Of a DNA stretch of 64,000 bases, positions 10,685-23,649 are shown piece by piece. Origin of the DNA: Gnetum montanum (taxonomy: Eukaryota; Plantae; Gnetophyta); NCBI GenBank assembly GCA_015680685.1, contig MNCI01001451.1, positions 799,228 to 863,227 on the forward strand, in the 5' to 3' direction. The notes beneath the pieces are model-generated. The model saw only the letters and a list, made by a program, of their open reading frames with translations, did not search any database and was not told where the DNA came from. A program made the translations under genes and the position numbers. The number at the start of each line of letters is the position of its first letter. Positions within the stretch are counted from its first letter, which is position 1.

Positions 10685-12075
10685 TTAAAGGAGGTACAAG
10701 AGCCTCTACTAAAGGAGGAGGTTGAATCATCCTCATCAGGCTCCTTACTCATAAAGTCCTTCTTAGTCACCTCATTGTCCACCTAGTTTGTAGGGCCAAA
10801 TGGTATGGCATGCTCGCCATCAGTGATCAGGGAACCCATTAATGCAAACTCTAGGTCCACCTACTCACCAACCTCCTGATAGCTAGTAGTGTGGTGCAAC
10901 TTGCTCATCCTAAAAAACATGTGATGGTCCATGATCTCCACATTGGAGGTTAGTCAATATTGCCTCCTCTCTAGCTAATCACATCAGGCATGAAGATGCA
11001 TCTTCATCTTATTACAATATGTAATAAGACTCATCTACAATGCATTTATATGGGCCATGATTTGTGATTTAGCTTTCACTAAAGCCTGATCATCACTTGA
11101 TATGCCTTGTTGTTGCTGCTATTGCTCCTTAGTGTAATGAGTCTCCAAGATAGCCTTTCCCCCCATCACTAGGGACACATGGATTATAAATCCATTAGAC
11201 CTCCACATACCATATTTGGGGCAACCAGTGGGTATAAAAAGTGCATCCAAAATTTAGGAATTGGTCTTTGCCCCATGTAACAATCTCCTTGATGAGTAGG
11301 ATAGATGGCTGAATCTAGAAATGTTGATGTAACATTAAGATCACCAATGGAAAAGGGACCTCATTGGTATCTCAAACTGTCAACTCCATCCTCAATAGAT
11401 TAATAAATGATTAATTGAGGGTACAAGGATCCTCCAAATTTCTCATGACTAGCATGACAAAGGACATGACATGTGTGAAATGAGACCTACCAAATACATT
11501 CATCATCATAGCCCTAGTAAGAATCCTCCTCTTCAGAGAAAGGTTCTTGTAGGATCACCTTGACTCGTCCATCACAACTTCATGGAAGAGCTTAGCCAAT
11601 TGAGTCTTCCTCTTTGAAGATGCTAGCACAAAATGCTACCTATTTAGTCCAATTTACATCTCAAGGACCTTGATAATAAAGGCCTTGCTAATGTCATAAG
11701 ACTTGGTACCAACCTGAAATGTCCAAGATGCAGGCAAGGTCCTCTAAAGCATCAAATAAAAATAACATGCCTCCTACTTGTAGAATGCCTCTTCTCCCAT
11801 CAATATGAACTTAAGATTATGAATTACCAAGGATGTAGTAACAGGTAAGTTTACCAGCTCCATGAAAAGCTTGAAGTTCCTATGTGTTCTTAATGGCACT
11901 ATAAGGAACTTTTCCTCTTGACACTTGCACTTGAGATGCTCCATGTGCTCCTTATGGGCTTACTTCTACTACTTCTCTTGAGCTTGTCTCTATGTTATCG
12001 TATTTGCAGATGTGGATGATTGTCCCTACATATGTGCCCTTTTCCCTGTGTATGCCCCCTCTTGTGCTTAGACAT
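10685..12075 (-). pseudogene. Athila env-like / extra ORF remnant
   Basis: ATG at 12075 (MSKHKRG..). Segments LKFILMGEEAFYK.EACYF and WTFQVGTKSYDISKAFIIKVLEM resemble the FY/..V.G...I...I..L pattern of Athila 3' ORFs. It lies in the sense orientation downstream of integrase. Confidence 0.55.
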
Positions 12076-14802
12076 GAAAGAAGTTCCTTGATACAAGGAA
12101 ATATCAGTACCATAAAATAACATAATACCTAGATTAGAGAAAACATGATGCAAATAAATTACACATAGTATATAAACAAAAAAATTTTAAAAATTTGCAC
12201 AAACCATTTAAATAATTTCAACAACATGGATATCCCTAATGAAGTCTATGTTAGCCTCAACATACATAGCTAGTTCAGTAGTGGAAATTAAGAAATTAAA
12301 AGTAAAATTAAATATGAAAATATCTAATAGCATAAAAGGTGAGTCGCTTGATAATTAAAAGGTAAATTAACTACTATACAATGGATATAATGAATAAAAA
12401 TAACGCAATAGTTTATTCAAATTCCACTAACATCCCAAGTCCAAAATACCATTGTGCTACTCTGTAATATCCAACAATCTTTAAAATCATTAGCATAAAT
12501 GAACTTATCTTTTTTGTGAGAGCTTTGGCTTGGTTAAAGCAACTAAAACCAAGCTTGTATGTGAATTAATTACAAGAATGTAATCCATAATAACTAGAAT
12601 AATGAAAACACCATGCCCATACTTTAACAAAATAGAAATTCCAATTGTCATGAAGCTCATGTAAACCTATCCTACAAATAACTTACTAATGAAGAGTAAC
12701 CCTAGCTGAAGTTCCACATTAGAGGTAGTATGCAAGAACCCTAGCTTAGTTTACAGTTTGAAAATGTAAAATAAGAAACAAAATGCAAGAGAACGCTTAA
12801 TTACGACTTCTAAAATGCAAGAGAAGACACAAACAATAGGATTTTGCCATTAAAATTTCTAATTCCATCTAGAGAAAATGATAATGATGTAGAGTTGCTT
12901 GCAACAACACATAATAACCAATCCAACAAAAAGAAGAAGAAGAAGAAGAAGATAAGAATCAAGCAATTTGGGGCCTACCTTAGGTAATTTGTGAAAGGAA
13001 AGAAGCTTGTTAGTGAGATTTAGTAGCTACACACACAGGTAGAAGTATGATCTTGCACTTGGGTTTGAAGTATGACACTCTACGAGGAAGAATGAATGTT
13101 TACTTTGTTTTATTGCATTTTATTTTTTCCATTTTTAATCATGTTGTGACTAGATGCAAGTTTCAACCCTTCATAACATGATAACAAAAAAATTTAATGA
13201 ATTTTGGAGTTGTGATTGACTGTAGATCCAACCTAGTCACATCTCAAAGATTGAGGGTTGCATCTACCCACATTGTTTTGAAAGTTGAGTAATGGAACAT
13301 TATAGTGTGGCAGATTATGAGTTGTAGGCATCCATAGTGTCTAAGAACCTAAAAATTCCAAATTTCCAAGTGTGGTAGGTTGCATGTTATAGAAGGTTGT
13401 ACTGATAAATTAAATAGTGACTGGAAATCGAGATATAAGGGAGATATGGGTTGCATCCCATTGTAGGTATCCAACTTAGTAAAATGAACTCCACGATGAT
13501 TATGGCTCATAGTTAAGATTATAGTTAGACTTTGAGGGATTATGAGTCACATCATACCCACACTTCCTAATCCAAAACACTTCTATAACTAATGATAAGA
13601 AAAAGAAAATGACAAATAGGATAAAGATAATAAAAACAATAAAACAATGGAATACTTTTGTGATAAAAGAATAACTTATTAGTGCTTGGTAAACATTAAG
13701 ACATTGGGTGACCATTAATTAAATTAATTTCTAAAAAATACAAATACAAAGAATTGTCACATTAGACATTCATGAATCATTGTTTACCAACTTATCCATG
13801 TCTTATGGCATTATAACTCTTAAAAATATGTAGTTTTTCCTACTTAAAGTTGTTGATGGTGAAGGAGATTCCTCATGCATTGACACAATTAACCTTATCT
13901 TATGGCCATGAATAATAGAGAGCTATTGATGAAACACTAAATTACTTAATATGTCTTTTTTTTTCATTCTTTCAAAAACAAGTATTTTATGATTATGGGA
14001 TTTTTGCACTTCCATCATAACATGGTCTATAAACAATAGAAACTTTGCTTCTAGTGCAATTTCATGATTATGATGAGATGAAATTTTCTATGAAAAGGAC
14101 ATTCTTAAATCTATACACCTACAACAAGTAGGATTGCTTATTGTACTGCCAATAGAACATGGTCTATAAACAACAGAAACTTTACTCCTAGTACAGGTTC
14201 AATCCCTATGCAAGTTATTTCCCATGAGTGCCTCCATGATTCATGTTTAATATCTCATAATGTCTCTTATCCCAAGTATTCGATTAAGGAAGACTGAAAG
14301 CCTCAAGTTTATCATGAAGTAAAATATTGAACTAATAATATGCCTAGTACAAATCAAAGGAATTGCCCCACTTCTCTAATTGAAAGACTATTGAAATTTT
14401 TCCATCAGACAGAATCCATCATCCAACCATTTCTCTATTTATTTTAACACAAAACTCATAATATAGGATTTAAAATGTTTTGAATAAATAAGATCCTAGA
14501 AATTCATGCCATAAGACAAGTCTAACCTCCATCAAATTAACTCATTAAAGCACTAAATAGTATGAAAGATATGTTTCCATAGATACTATCAAATAATTGA
14601 TAATAAAAATAACCACTACCATGCATATCTATGAATAAAAATATAATGTAGAGCTCATAATACATATCACCCAGTACTTGTAGGAAACTAAAGCACTTAC
14701 TAACAAAGTTAGTAACTTGTCACAATAAAGAAAACATAAAGGTTAGACAATCTCATAAGGACTAGTTCAAAATCAGTTCATAATTAAATTAAACTTAGCT
14801 TG

Positions 14803-15960
14803 CTAAGAAGAAGCATCTATTAAATTAATTGTCTCACTAACAAGAGAGGGATCTTGTCCAAAATAATGGTTTAGTTGTTGACAATTCACATGAAAGAACT
14901 TAGAACTACCAGGCCTAGAAATGTCAATTACACTATTACCTAAGACCTTAATAATCCTACATGCTCCCTTCCATTTTGACACTAATTTCTTAGCAAAGTT
15001 TTTGAGCCTCATAATAAATACTAAAACTAAATATTGTTATGAAAAAAGCTTCATCATAGTCTTCTTATCATGGCACATCTTCATTTGCTTCATATACAAT
15101 TGTTGCCTATCTAAAGCATGCATATGATCTTTGTCTAATTGATTTAAAGGAAATAAACAAGTAGAAAAACATGAGTCCAAGTTCATTTTCAATTAAATTT
15201 GAATTCAAAAAGACTTATTTTACATAGAAGAAGGAAGAAGACATTGCTTACCGAATACTAGTTCATATGGGGTAAAACCAAGAGATGATTTATATGAAGT
15301 ACAAATAGCCCATAATGCATCAAGTAAATGATAAGACCAATATTATCTATTATCTCCTGTAACTTTCTGCAATATATTTTTGATGTTGTTATTCATACTT
15401 TCAACTAATCCATTTGATTGTGGATGATAGGTAGTAGTAATACAATGTGTAATTCCCATTTTATGTAATAATTTTCCATTATATCATTAACAAAATGGGT
15501 TCCCTGATCACTAATTAAAATTTGTGGGTGTTCAAAGCATGGAATTAAATCCTCTCTCAAGAATAAAATTATTGTTTTCTCATCATCATGCCTAGTTGCC
15601 TTTGCCAAGACCCATTAATTGACATAATCAATAGAAACTAAAATATACTTACAAGAATTTCTTAAAGGAAAAGTATCCATAAAATCAATGTCCAAACAAT
15701 CAAAGGGCTCACACTCCATTGAGATAGGCAACAATGACATGTCTTGCCATTTTGTGAGTTCTCCCATTTGCTAACATTGATCACATCACTTACAATATGC
15801 ATAAGTATCCTTGAACAAGGTAGGCTAATGAAAACCAACATGGAAGATTTTGTATGAAGTTTTCTTACCTACAAAGTGGCCTTCATGTACTCCATCATGA
15901 TTTAGAGTAATTACCTCTTCTTATTCTTACTTAGGTAGATATTGTTGAATGATTTGATCC
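14803..15960 (-). pseudogene. Ty3/gypsy integrase (HHCC, DDE core, C-terminal region)
   Basis: HHDGVHEGHF..CDQC, IDFMDTFP, ILVSIDYV, LISDQGTHF, YHPQSNG and KLVSKWKG motifs, with many stops and frameshifts. Confidence 0.92.
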
Positions 15961-16199
15961 TCACAAATCTTATACATGAATGAATCTTCCCAAATGAACT
16001 AGTGTGCCTTGAATACAAAGGCTTGTTTTTGTCCTTTAGTCCAAGGCTTTGTTAATTTGCATATAGCTAAATAATTAGAAAATATGCATATCAAGGTTCT
16101 TGAACTTTAGGAATAATAGTCCTAGCCCAATAAGCGAACAACTACTCATCCAAAAATGCATCATGAAAGGTGTGAGATATCTTCAAATTTGCATTATGC

Positions 16200-17500
16200 T
16201 ACAATTTGGATAAATGATCTACCACTAAATTTTTAGATTCTTTTTCTATCACGAATCATCAAATCAAATTCTTGTAACAAAAGATACCAAGGAATTAATC
16301 TAGGACTTTTAGTTTAGTTATTATGCAAATATTTAATAATAGCATGATCAGTAACAACTACAATATGAAAACAAATGAAATAATGATGAAGTTTATCTAA
16401 ACTATATGCAACACCTAGCATTTCCTTTTTTGTAGTAGTATAATTAACCTAAGTAGGGGTCAATGTTTTAGAAATATCATAAATAACATATGGAACATTA
16501 TCATTAAATTAACCCAATACAGCTCTAATTGCAAATTTTGAGGCATCTGTCATAAGTTCAAAGTCCTTGATCTAATCAGGTTCCTATAAAATTGATGTTG
16601 AAGAAAGCTTAAACTTTAAAATTTCAAATGCATTTTGGTAATTGTTAGTCCATTTAAATATAGCATATTTTTGTAACAATTTCACCAATGGCTTAGTAAT
16701 TAATGAAAAATCCTTGATGAATCATTTGTAAAAATTATCATGTCCTAAAAATGCACATAGATCTTTAACATTAAAAGGAGGAGTATGATGGGAGATAGCC
16801 CTTATCTTTTTAGGATGCACTAAAATTTCCTTCTTGCTCATAATGTGGCCTAATGTAACACTGGAAGAGACCATGAAATGACACTTTTTCCAATAGAATC
16901 TAAGAACCCTTATTAGTACATCTATGTAAGACTAACTCAAGATGACACATGACATCAAAAAATGAATCATTGTAGACTGAAAAAACATCCATGAAAACAT
17001 CAATAAATGAATCAATCATATCTGAAAAAATTAAGATCATAGCCCTTTAAAATGTAGCAAAATCATTACAAAACCCAAAGGGCATACATCAAAATGTAAA
17101 AGTCCTCCATGGTATAGTAAACGTTGTTTTATATGGATCTTCATGAGCAATAGAAATTTGATTATAACCACTAGAGCCATGAAGAAAAGGATAAAATTCA
17201 TGCCCTTGAAGTTTGTCTAAAACTTGATCTAAATATGGGAGTGGAAAGTGATCCCTTTTTATCCATTTATTTAATTTGGAAAAATCAATACAAACTTGCC
17301 ACTTACCAAACTTTTTAGGCACAACTATAATAGGAATAATCCACTTATAATTAGAAATAAAATAAATAATACCTTCCTGAGATAGTTTTAAAGTTCATCT
17401 TTTATTGCTTACTTCAAGGCTAGGTTTAGCCTACTACATGTTTGTTGTCATGGTCTAGCCTTAGCCTCTAAAATGGATATGACGCTAAAAAATGAATGGA
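16200..17500 (-). pseudogene. Ty3/gypsy reverse transcriptase and RNase H
   Basis: PKKFGKWQVCIDFSKLN, DHFPLPYLDQVLDKL, SGYNQI, KTTFTIPW and FMDVFSVY (decayed FMDD) for RT; ELMTDASKFAI.AVLG, YTTTKKEMLGV and LLLQEFDL for RNase H. Confidence 0.93.
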
Positions 17501-17893
17501 GAAATTCCATGCTTAAGTTCCAAAGGTGACTAAGCAAAAGCTTCAAGTGAATCTATTAAAACATGAATTAATCTCTACTCTTGATCAATGGTTAAACCTG
17601 AACTAATGTTCAATGGTTTATTTCTCTTAGTATAAATATATTTCAAGTGTGAAGGAAGTTCCTTTAGATCTAAAGTTACATCCTTGCCACTTGCAATAGA
17701 AGAATAAATTGTCAACTTAAATGAATCCTTACCATCCAAGGCATTCTCCACTTGAGTACATATGAGCTATCATTATACATCCATAGTTATATGTTTATAT
17801 TCTTCTTGTGTTAGTTCCTGACAGGTCTCATCCCAATCATATAATTCCAAAGAAATCATGTTTGATACAACAGTACTAACCATATTAAGTTCA

Positions 17894-18300
17894 TCAAACT
17901 AGGTTATCAAGGTAATATAAATTTATTGAAAAAATTAAATTTGTAAATGTTAAGGTTATTAATCTAGTTTTCACATAAATAACCACATCCATCGTTGCCA
18001 ACATGGACCTGCCTAAAATCAAAGGATAAACATTATTCAGAAAAGATGTATAATAATCTAGCACAATGAAATTAGCAAGATATAAAGCTTTATTTACTTC
18101 TATTAAAATATTCTCAACAATATCTTTGGAATAAATAGTAGACCCATTAGCCATAGAAAAGGTAATATTAGTAGGTCTAATATGATCATAATTGAATGAT
18201 TGATAAATCTGAAATGACATAATATTTACACTAGCCCCTAGATCTACTAACACATGCTGAAATTTCCTATTATGAGTAATGCAAGAAATCATAGGACTAC
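17894..18300 (-). pseudogene. Retroviral-type aspartic protease
   Basis: VLVDLGASVNIM and PLILGRSMLAT motifs typical of Athila pol. Confidence 0.9.
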
Positions 18301-18362
18301 TAGGCTATGTTACCTTTTTAGGCATCCTAGCCTTCATAATGTTCGTGATGTTTTCAAAAAGG

Positions 18363-19950
18363 CTAACAAAGTTCCTTAAGGTATTTACTATATTGAGGAG
18401 TTTCTTCAATGACTGTCAACAAGAAAACATGTAAGATGACACATTTGAAAAGGTTCTCAAGTTTCTTATCATCAAACTCATTTGATTCTAACCTATGAGG
18501 AAAAGGTGCCCATAAAGGATAAGAACTATTAGGTTCTTTTGAAGGAACCATTAGATCAGTCCCTTCCTTCATAGGAAGCTCCTTTGCAAGGATTCTTTTA
18601 GATTCATCCTCTAATTCTTTATTCTCAATAGACCTTTGAAAAGGAATTTGAAGATCAACAACTCTTCCACTTCTAGTAACCACATTACATTGATCCATGT
18701 TGCTTGAAGAAATCCTATGTAACTCTTGTCTTCCTTGATACTTAGGATTTCTTTCTATTTTTGTTGGTAATATGTCCTTATGTTGTAAGGCTTGAATAAG
18801 ATTAATTATACAATCATTTTGTTGTAGCATTTTTCATTGAAACTCATGATTTTGACTAGATTTCCAAGATTGGTTGAAATTATTATTATGACTTTGATAG
18901 TTAGATCAAAATGGATGTAACTGGTAATTTTGGTTTTGATTAGAATTCCATCCTGTACCTTATAAAGTTGAGGTTCTCCCTTGTTCACCTTGACTTCCTA
19001 CAACATTAGCTTTTTTTTAATGAATGATAAAATAGAAGAATCATGAGTAGTATGGTCAATCTCCTCATAAATTACACAAGCATAAGGAAAATCCATACCT
19101 CTAGCTTGGGGTTGATTAATGTTATGAATTCTCTCATTAGTACAAACTGATGATGCTTGTTATTGATATTGGGAAGATTGGCCCTACACAATAGTATTAG
19201 AAGACATAGATAAAGATATAATTTTTTATTAATATCTTAAATTTGCTTTTCCAGACCTGTCATCAATGTATGCTCTAACATATTGGCCATTTTGTTAGTA
19301 CTTCAACTCTTGCTTTAAGCCACTATTTGATCTAAAGCATCAAATGCTACTTCAAGTGTCATTCGCATGATCATGCCACCAGTAGAAAAATCATTATTCT
19401 AGCATGTAACATGTGTTAAACCATCAATAGAAAATCCTAGCAATTGACAATTATGGAAAGTTCATGATCAGGGTTACTTGCCCTTATGTCCTTAAAATGC
19501 TTCCAGGCTTATTCATAACTCATTTTCTTTTTGTTGAAAGCTTGAAAGTTGTTTTATATATTAATGGATTTTTATAGAACAAAAAAATAATTTTAAAAAC
19601 TCATCCTTAAAACCATATTAGGATTGAATAGAATATTTTTTTATTAATATATACCATAATAATGTACGATCTCTAAAAGTAAAGGGAAAGACACTCATTT
19701 TAGTACATTTTGTAACATTATTACCACACATAACTATCAATGTTTCAAAGGCTTGTATATCATGGTATGGATCTTTTTCATATGTATAATAAAATTTAGG
19801 AAATGTTGATAAATTTTTAAATTTAAATTCTTTTCCAACAAGCAATACAAAAGGGGAGAGAGTGATAGTTGATTTTCTCCCCATTAAATATTTTAATGAA
19901 AATTAGTGAGGCATTCCTTGATAAGGAACTTGATTCTAAAATTGTACAAA
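18363..19950 (-). pseudogene. Athila gag remnant
   Basis: FPKFY...DPYHDIQAFE...VFPFTFRDRTLLWY (retrotransposon gag), followed by CNVVTRSGR, PFPHRL and PQYSKYLKELC. Confidence 0.85.
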
Positions 19951-20076
19951 ATGATTAAATTGGATGCTTGGAGGTACTAAATGATGAGGCAAAGGTGTGG
20001 TATTTTTGGAAGTCATTATTGTGGAATTTTTGGTTGAGGCATAGATTGTGTTTGAGCAGTCTACACATTAAATATA

Positions 20077-21290
20077 GGTTGACCTTTTGGTATGTCAAAA
20101 CCTTAAGCAAAATGGAGAACAAGGATGTTTGTGTGGTTGTTGTTTTTGTAGAGTTGAGACAAAAGGAGAGCTCAAAGAAGAAAGACATCATGAAGGTCTC
20201 AAGGAAGCATGTAGGAGTTCAAAGAGCATGGACAAGGAACAAAGACTTCAAGGTGCAACTTCAGTAATTAGAGTAGAGCCTTAGTACTAAAGAACTTATT
20301 AAAGAAAGACATCTTCAAGAAACAGTAGATGTCTCCCATCTAGTGAAGTAGATGTCTTGGCCAAAGTGAAGGAGAATTAGTAAAGACGTCTTGTAGAAAC
20401 AACAAACATCTACTATCAAGCAATGAAGTCTCCCTAATGATGAGGACACCTTGGCCGAGTTGAAGGTTGTTTAAAAGAAGAAATATTTGAAAAACAACAA
20501 ATGTTTTTCTAGGAAAAGACATCTCCATAAAGATGTCTCTCTTGAATGAAGGTCTAATGCAATAAGATGTCTCAGTCTCAAAGAAGATTTTTTTAGTGAT
20601 TGTTAGATAGCTTTTGTTGTTAGATTGTTGTTGCATGAATTTTGAGATGATTTTAGAAACATCTAGGTTATAAGAAGACTTCATTTTGGTGGGAAATGAG
20701 TAAGCATTATGTACTATCAAGTGTCAACATCAAGAAATAATTCTATACATCATTCTCTTATTATTTTTTCTCATTGTAATATCTTTTGTATTGTTGTAAG
20801 TGGTCAGGGTGTACTGTACCTCAAAGTAAAAGGATTAGAAAAGTTAGTTGCATCCTTTCATTGTAATTTTTTTCTCTCTTATTGCCTTATGGGATTGATG
20901 TGCTTCTTGAGAGAAGGCATTATCCTTGACCTTGTTGGGATCCTATGGGATTGAGTGTTGGTGTAGCACCACAATACTCTAGAGTGAAGCTCAAGTTGCA
21001 AAGGTTGTGGGATCCTAGAAACCACAGTCTAAGCTTGTCGAGACCTTGTAGGGTTGAGTGGATTTGTAGCATCAAATATCTCTTGAGTGGAGCTAAGAGC
21101 TTGTATAGGGTATGATATCCTTCAAACCACATTTTGAGAGCAACGAAGTTTAGAGGTGTGCTAGCAAACTACCCTCTAATTGTGGAATACCCAAGTTGGG
21201 GAACCACATAAAATTTGGTGTGTGGTTTGGTTAATTAATTTTTAATTTGGGGAACTTATTCATCCTCTCTTCTAAGTTCAATGATCCTCA
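20077..21290 (+). repeat. SIRE-type 5' LTR
   Basis: Starts (G)GTTGACCTTTTGG and ends ...GATCCTCA. Carries the U5 motif ATTCATCCTCTCTTCTA (a decayed ATTCACCCCCCTCT) and a cluster of AGACGTCT-derived palindromes. Confidence 0.85.
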
Positions 21291-21292
21291 AG

Positions 21293-21305
21293 TGGTATCA
21301 AAGCC
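21293..21305 (+). promoter_or_regulatory. tRNA-iMet primer-binding site
   Basis: TGGTATCAAAGCC, 2 nt after the LTR-terminal CA. Confidence 0.88.
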
Positions 21306-21864
21306 TAGTACTCTTGATTCTTCATCAACCTCAAGAGTGGAATAATGGTAGGGAAAATCAACACCAGATATACTTGGTCAAGGAGACTATTTTGCTTTAT
21401 CAACTACTATCACATCTACCATAAAGGTAAGTCTTTCATTCTATTATTTTCATTTAGAAACAATAGTGCTCACAATATTTATCTTGAAGAAAGGTATGGA
21501 ATGTTTTTTCATGAAGTTTTTTCTTTCCAAAACTTGTGTATAGAAATAAATGACTCTGTATATGTCAAGAAAATGAAAATTAAAGTTCTAAATGATGAAT
21601 GCTCTTATCTCAAGTATGAGAACTTAGACCTTAGGGTTGAGATTCAAAAACTAACAAATATGATTGAGCATATGAACAAAAACTCTTTGGAGCAGTCTAA
21701 AGATAAAAGCAAAAAGATAAGTGTGAGAAAAATTTTGGTAGAACTTCTAAACCAAAAACTTAAATTGCTTATTTTATGGAAAATATGACCATGTTCAAGC
21801 ATATTACTATCTTAGATTAAATCACTAATCTTAGTCTTTGCAAAAGTAGCTTGGAATAGAACTA

Positions 21865-22496
21865 TTGCAGGTTTCAAAAAGGAAAGAAAAAAAGTCTGAA
21901 AAGAACTTGATGGCTCAAATTGCTCTCTCCAATGACAAGACAAGCATGTGGTACATCGATAGTAGGTGTTTAAGGCACATGAAAGGTAACAAATCCTATC
22001 TTACTCATTTCATGAAACAAAATTATGGAACAGTCATGTTTGGTAGTGATATGGAAGCTCCTATCATAGGTATTGGTACCATAGGAGGTAAAGGTAAAGG
22101 ATTGCCAAGTGTAAAAAAAGTGCTTTTTGTTAATAGATTAAAGCACAATCTTCCTAGTGTTAGTCAACTTTTTGATTCAAATTTCAATGTTACTTTTTCT
22201 AAAGAAATATGTAGAATACAAGATTTATCTACTTGAAATATTGTGATAGAAGGAACTAGAAAAGGAAATGTGTATACCATTGTTATTGGAAATTTTCCTA
22301 ATCTTGAAATCGAGTGCTTAGTGAGTTGTAAAAATGATACTCGTCCTTGGCATTAAAGTTGGATCACATAAAGAACAAAACTGTTCAAACTCTTGTTTTA
22401 AAGAAAATGGTCCATGATCTCCCCAAACTCAAAGATTTCAATATAAATACATGTGAAGCATGCTAGAAAGGGAAGAAAAAAAGGGTAAGATTTGGT
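21865..22496 (+). pseudogene. Copia protease and GAG-pre-integrase region
   Basis: WYIDSRCLRHMKG, VLFVNRLKHNLPSVSQL, a WH..LDH remnant and CEAC.KGK. Confidence 0.88.
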
Positions 22497-22557
22497 NATA
22501 CGCGATATCGCAGGAGAAGACGCAATATCGCGGCCCAGTGCAAGTCGCGTCTCATCA
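22497..22557 (-). mobile_element. Assembly gap (single N) followed by the terminal 60 bp of a young Athila-type LTR
   Basis: After the N comes a CG-rich segment ending CTCATCA, which is TGATGAG on the minus strand, the same terminus as the Athila LTRs at 36318 and 41793. Copia integrase resumes at 22558. Confidence 0.65.
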
Positions 22558-23645
22558 CATATTAAATGATTGAAATATTCCTCATCACTTCTAGGCTGAA
22601 TCCATCAACACTACTTGCTATGTCTCCAACAAAGTTATGGTAAGAAGATTTACCTCTAAAACTAATGAATTATGGACTGGTAGAAAACCATTAGTAGGCT
22701 ATTTTCATGTTTTTGATTCAAAATATTATATTCTAAATGATAAAGATAACTTTAGAAAGTTTGATTCTAAAATCAATGAAGGAATTTTCTTAGGATATTC
22801 CCTAGCGAGCAGGGCTTACATAGTGTTTAACAAAAGGAGAAATACTATAGAAGAAATCATAAATGTCAAAATAGATGATCATGACATTACATCTCCTTAC
22901 CCTGATGATGAACTTATTTCCATTCAAAACGTTTATAGCTCCACTCAAGTAAAAGTTGACAATATATTAGAAACTGATAGTGAACATGAATAAGAGCAAG
23001 ATGATGAACTCCATAAGCTTTCATCCAGTCAACCAAAAATGCCTAGGCTTAGTAGAAATCACTCTCTAAATAATGTTATTGGGGAAGTTCAAGATGGTGT
23101 TTGTACTAGAAGTCAAATCAAAGAGATCTATGCTTTTTCAGCATACCTCTTCCAACTTGAATTCAAAAACTTTAAGGAAGCCAAAGGAGAGGAAGGATGG
23201 ATTTCTGCTATGCAAGATGAGCTAAATCTATTTGGAAAAAATGATGTATGGGAATTGACACCTAGACTTGATCATAAACCTATTATTAAAACAAAATGGA
23301 TCTTTAGGAACAAGACTGATGAAAATGGAAACATCATTGCAAATAAGAATAGATTGGTTGTCAAAGGATACAATCAAAAAGAAGGGATTGATGTTGATGA
23401 AGTCTTTGCTCCTGTTGCTAGGTTGGAATCTATTAGACTTCTTCTAGCTTACGCTATCATTAAAAACATCAAGCTCTATCAAATGGATGTTAAGAGTGCT
23501 TTCTTGAATGGAACCATACAAGAAGTAGTGTACATTGAACAACCTGAAGGATTTGTTGATTCCATCAAGTATGATCATGTTTAGAAAGTCAAGAAAGCTC
23601 TCTATGATCTTAAACAATCTCCAAGAGCTTGGTATGAAAGAGTTT
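22558..23645 (+). pseudogene. Copia integrase C-terminus/SH3-like region and N-terminal part of RT
   Basis: IPHHF*AESINTTCYV, KFDSKINEGIFLGYS and WISAMQDEL motifs, then copia RT motifs up to QSPRAWYER. Confidence 0.92.
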
Positions 23646-23649
23646 CTCA

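Larger units (their letters stand above)
7508..20076 (-). mobile_element. Decayed Athila-like Ty3/gypsy LTR retrotransposon (5' LTR not visible; cut by SIRE insertion)
   Basis: Minus-strand order is gag-PR-RT-RNaseH-INT, a long 3' region with two extra ORFs, a PPT-proximal TCAAGGATGA...AGTCATGGG motif, and a 3' LTR ending ...ACTCATCA. Confidence 0.88.
20077..23645 (+). mobile_element. Truncated SIRE-lineage Ty1/copia element (5' LTR, partial gag, PR, INT ends, partial RT)
   Basis: LTR 20077-21290 is homologous to the 27127/31768 LTRs. PBS TGGTATCAAAGCC at 21293. Coding motifs include [74 protein letters not shown] and LYDLKQSPRAWYER. The element ends abruptly. Confidence 0.9.

Noticed and set aside
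12930-12956. (AAG)n microsatellite
   Set aside because: A short simple repeat inside the Athila 3' region; unremarkable.
19968-21132. Cluster of 65-126-aa ORFs
   Set aside because: They lie in or across a SIRE LTR boundary, have no recognisable domain, and are not conserved as ORFs in the sister LTRs.
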